Position numbers and translations under genes: made by a program. The notes under the pieces are model-generated. The model had not been told where the DNA came from. It ran no database searches and saw nothing but the letters and a program-made list of their open reading frames with translations. Below, one piece after another: positions 33,901 to 36,215 of a stretch of DNA of 36,215 nucleotides. The DNA lies in the NCBI GenBank assembly GCA_040754655.1, contig JBFMCE010000040.1, positions 1 to 36,215 on the forward strand. Reading direction: 5' to 3'. The DNA comes from Bdellovibrionota bacterium. GTDB taxonomy: Bacteria; Bdellovibrionota; UBA1018; UBA923. Within the stretch, counting starts at the first letter, position 1. Every line of letters starts with the position of its first letter.

Positions 33901-35721
33901 ATTTTTAAGGTTTTAAAGCGAAAGCTCTTAGGCACACCGATTCCATCTGCAAGAGCCCATGAGGAACGCCTTTCAAAGAGGCGCGCGTTGGCCGTATTTT
34001 CTTCTGACGCTCTTTCTTCAGTGTCTTACGCCACTGAAGAAGTCTTGCTTGTTTTGATGCTAGCAGGTGGCCTGGCCCTAGGCTATTCGATCCCCATCTC
34101 GATTGCGATCATTGGACTTTTATTCATTGTCGTCTTTTCATACCGCCAGACGATCTATGAATACCCGAGCGGTGGCGGCGCTTACATCGTAGCGCACCAG
34201 AACTTGGGTGAAATACCAGGGTTGATGGCGGGCGCGGCCCTTCTGATTGACTATGTCCTTACTGTTGCGGTGAGCGTCGCGGCCGGCGTCGCGGCGATCA
34301 CCTCCGCTTTTCCTGATCTTCACGCGAGCAATGTCGTTCTGTGTTTCATCGCCATCGGGCTCGTCGTGGTTATGAATTTGCGTGGGATCCGCGAGTCGGC
34401 AGGTATTTTTTCGATACCAACCTATGCTTTTATCTTAGGCGTGTTGGTCATGCTCGCCACCGGCTTTTACATGCTGAAGGCGGGATCTTTCACCCATCTT
34501 GATCCGCCGGCTCTCGAAGTCCAACAGCCGCTCACGCTTCTCTTGTTGCTGCGCGCTTTCTCGTCGGGCTGTACGGCGATGACAGGGGTTGAAGCCGTGA
34601 GCAATGGGGTGCCTGTCTTCAAGCATCCGGAATCACGCAATGCCGCGATGACCTTGATCGTGATGGCCTGCATCTTGGCCACCATGTTTTTTGGGATCAG
34701 TTATCTGGCGCATTACCATGGGATCGCGCCGCATCCGCACGAAACGGTTGTCTCTCAGCTTGCAAGATCGATCTTCGGAACTTCGCTTCCATACTATTTC
34801 ATTCAATTCAACACGATGGGAATTTTGATTCTAGCGGCCAATACTGCGTTCACCGGATTTCCACGGCTTGCCTCATTGCTTGCCAAAGACCGCTATCTCC
34901 CGCGTCAACTCGCTACTCTTGGAGATCGCCTGGTTTTTTCAAACGGCATCATCATCTTGGGATTGGTTTCGGCCTTAATGATCGTCATCTTCAATGCCAA
35001 TACCCATGCCCTTATCCCGCTCTATGCAGTGGGAGTCTTTCTCTCTTTCACCCTTTCTCAATTCGGCATGCTCAGGCATTGGATCAAACAACGCGAAAAG
35101 GGTTGGTTGAAGCATGCTCTATTAAGCGGGTTCGGCGGAACAATCACAGCCGTCATCACCATGATCTTCACTGTCACCAAGTTCACCCATGGAGCTTGGG
35201 TCATCATCATCTTGATCCCGATGTTCGTGTACATGTTCTTGGCGATCAGACACCACTATGTCTCGGTCGGAAGACAACTCTCACTTCTAGGCGCTGACCC
35301 GGCTCACTTTTCCTCGATCCCGAAACACACCGTGCTCTTGCCGATTTCGGGCGTGCACAAGGGAGTCGTCGAGGCCTTGAAATATGCGCAGTCGATCGCA
35401 GCCGATGTGCGCGCGGTTTACGTTGAGATCGATCAGGCCACGACCGTGCGTTTGCAGGAAGAATGGCAGCGCTGGGGACGGGGCGTGCCGCTGGTGGTAT
35501 TGAAATCCCCGTACCGATCGATCATGAGCCCGTTTTTACGTTATGTGGATGAGGTCGAAGAATCGGCCCACAACGATATCCTCACGATCATCATCCCTGA
35601 GTTCGTCACGGCGAAGTGGTGGCAACAACTTCTGCACAATCAGACCGCGCTTTTGATTCGCGCGGCACTGGTCTTTCGCCGCGGGAAAGTCGTCACAAGC
35701 GTGCGCTACCACCTCAACTAA
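33901..35721 (+). CDS. APC-family permease, KimA-like K+ importer (probable ATT start at 33901; ORF is open from TTG at 33838)
   Basis: SSDALSSVSYATEE, YPSGGGAY, GVEAVSNG and LIPLYAVGVF motifs plus a C-terminal cytoplasmic domain. Confidence 0.85.
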   Translation: MFKVLKRKLLGTPIPSARAHEERLSKRRALAVFSSDALSSVSYATEEVLLVLMLAGGLALGYSIPISIAIIGLLFIVVFSYRQTIYEYPSGGGAYIVAHQNLGEIPGLMAGAALLIDYVLTVAVSVAAGVAAITSAFPDLHASNVVLCFIAIGLVVVMNLRGIRESAGIFSIPTYAFILGVLVMLATGFYMLKAGSFTHLDPPALEVQQPLTLLLLLRAFSSGCTAMTGVEAVSNGVPVFKHPESRNAAMTLIVMACILATMFFGISYLAHYHGIAPHPHETVVSQLARSIFGTSLPYYFIQFNTMGILILAANTAFTGFPRLASLLAKDRYLPRQLATLGDRLVFSNGIIILGLVSALMIVIFNANTHALIPLYAVGVFLSFTLSQFGMLRHWIKQREKGWLKHALLSGFGGTITAVITMIFTVTKFTHGAWVIIILIPMFVYMFLAIRHHYVSVGRQLSLLGADPAHFSSIPKHTVLLPISGVHKGVVEALKYAQSIAADVRAVYVEIDQATTVRLQEEWQRWGRGVPLVVLKSPYRSIMSPFLRYVDEVEESAHNDILTIIIPEFVTAKWWQQLLHNQTALLIRAALVFRRGKVVTSVRYHLN

Positions 35722-35741
35722 AAGAGTCTTTTGAAACCCGC

Positions 35742-35770
35742 TTGACCATCGCAAACCGCTTCAGTACGGT
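35742..35770 (+). promoter_or_regulatory. Sigma-70 promoter directly before the sugar-binding protein gene
   Basis: TTGACC-N17-TACGGT, 7 bp before the ATG at 35778. Confidence 0.55.
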
Positions 35771-35777
35771 TCGTGCC

Positions 35778-36215
35778 ATGAAGCATCTACTTCTCGTACT
35801 GACTTTGGTTTGTTCACTTCCTTCTGCATTCGGCGCTTCGCCGAAAATCGGTTTTATCTTGAGCACGATGCAAGAAGAACGCTATCAACGCGACAGGGCC
35901 GTGTTTGAAGAAACGATCAAAAAGCTTGGGGGACAAGTTGTCTTCGCAAGTTGCAATAACAATGAACAAACTCAAGCGGCCCAGGTGGACAACCTCCTCA
36001 CTCAAGGAGTGAAAGCCTTGGTCATTCAACCCGTGAATGGAGACACGGCCGCGGGCCTGGTGCGACAAGCCAAAGAAGATCAGGTTCCCGTAGTGAGTTA
36101 TGACAGACTCATTCGAAACGCGCCGGTGGATTTCTATGTCACCGAAGACTCTGAAAAAGTAGGGCAACTGCAGGCTGAGGCCGCAGTCGCTGCGACGGGA
36201 GGAAAAGGGAACTTC
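35778..36215 (+). CDS. Sugar ABC transporter periplasmic binding protein, XylF/ChvE-like (3' truncated by the window edge)
   Basis: Hand translation: signal peptide, then KIGFILSTMQEERYQRDR...QAAQVDNLLTQGVKALVIQP...VPVVSYDRLI. Confidence 0.85.
   Translation, partial: MKHLLLVLTLVCSLPSAFGASPKIGFILSTMQEERYQRDRAVFEETIKKLGGQVVFASCNNNEQTQAAQVDNLLTQGVKALVIQPVNGDTAAGLVRQAKEDQVPVVSYDRLIRNAPVDFYVTEDSEKVGQLQAEAAVAATGGKGNF

Noticed and set aside
35814..36167. Minus-strand 117-aa ORF
   Set aside because: Shadow of the plus-strand sugar-binding protein gene.
1..36215. tRNA/rRNA, IS, prophage or canonical defence genes
   Set aside because: None recognisable; the intergenic gaps are short and accounted for.

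Overview
Bacterial chromosomal window (~50% GC). Gene style and content suggest a Bdellovibrionota/Oligoflexia-like or other delta-proteobacterial-type organism; this is inference. Most of it is housekeeping: rlmD, a PilF/Tgl-like TPR lipoprotein, rodZ, an LptF/G permease, wcaJ, pepA, asnS, trmL, mtgA plus a transpeptidase-only PBP, a class II aldolase with mtnP, and a fragmented dcw cluster (rsmH-ftsL-ftsI-murE-murF // mraY-murD // ftsW-murG-murC-murB). It ends with an SDR, a membrane protein, a KimA-like APC permease and a truncated XylF-like sugar-binding protein. I saw no tRNA, rRNA, CRISPR array or transposase. Less ordinary elements: (1) four co-oriented DnaA boxes flanking an IHF site at 4094-4203, far from any dnaA gene (datA/DARS-like or oriC candidate); (2) an unannotated 46-aa basic/amphipathic ORF at 13245-13385 with a sequestered SD and alternative 5'/3' RNA pairing, typical of type I toxin mRNAs, next to an orphan JAB-motif protein; (3) three antisense orphan exported-protein genes (two lipoproteins and a di-heme cytochrome c), each with its own sigma-54 -24/-12 promoter; (4) two probable ATT start codons and two probable leaderless mRNAs.
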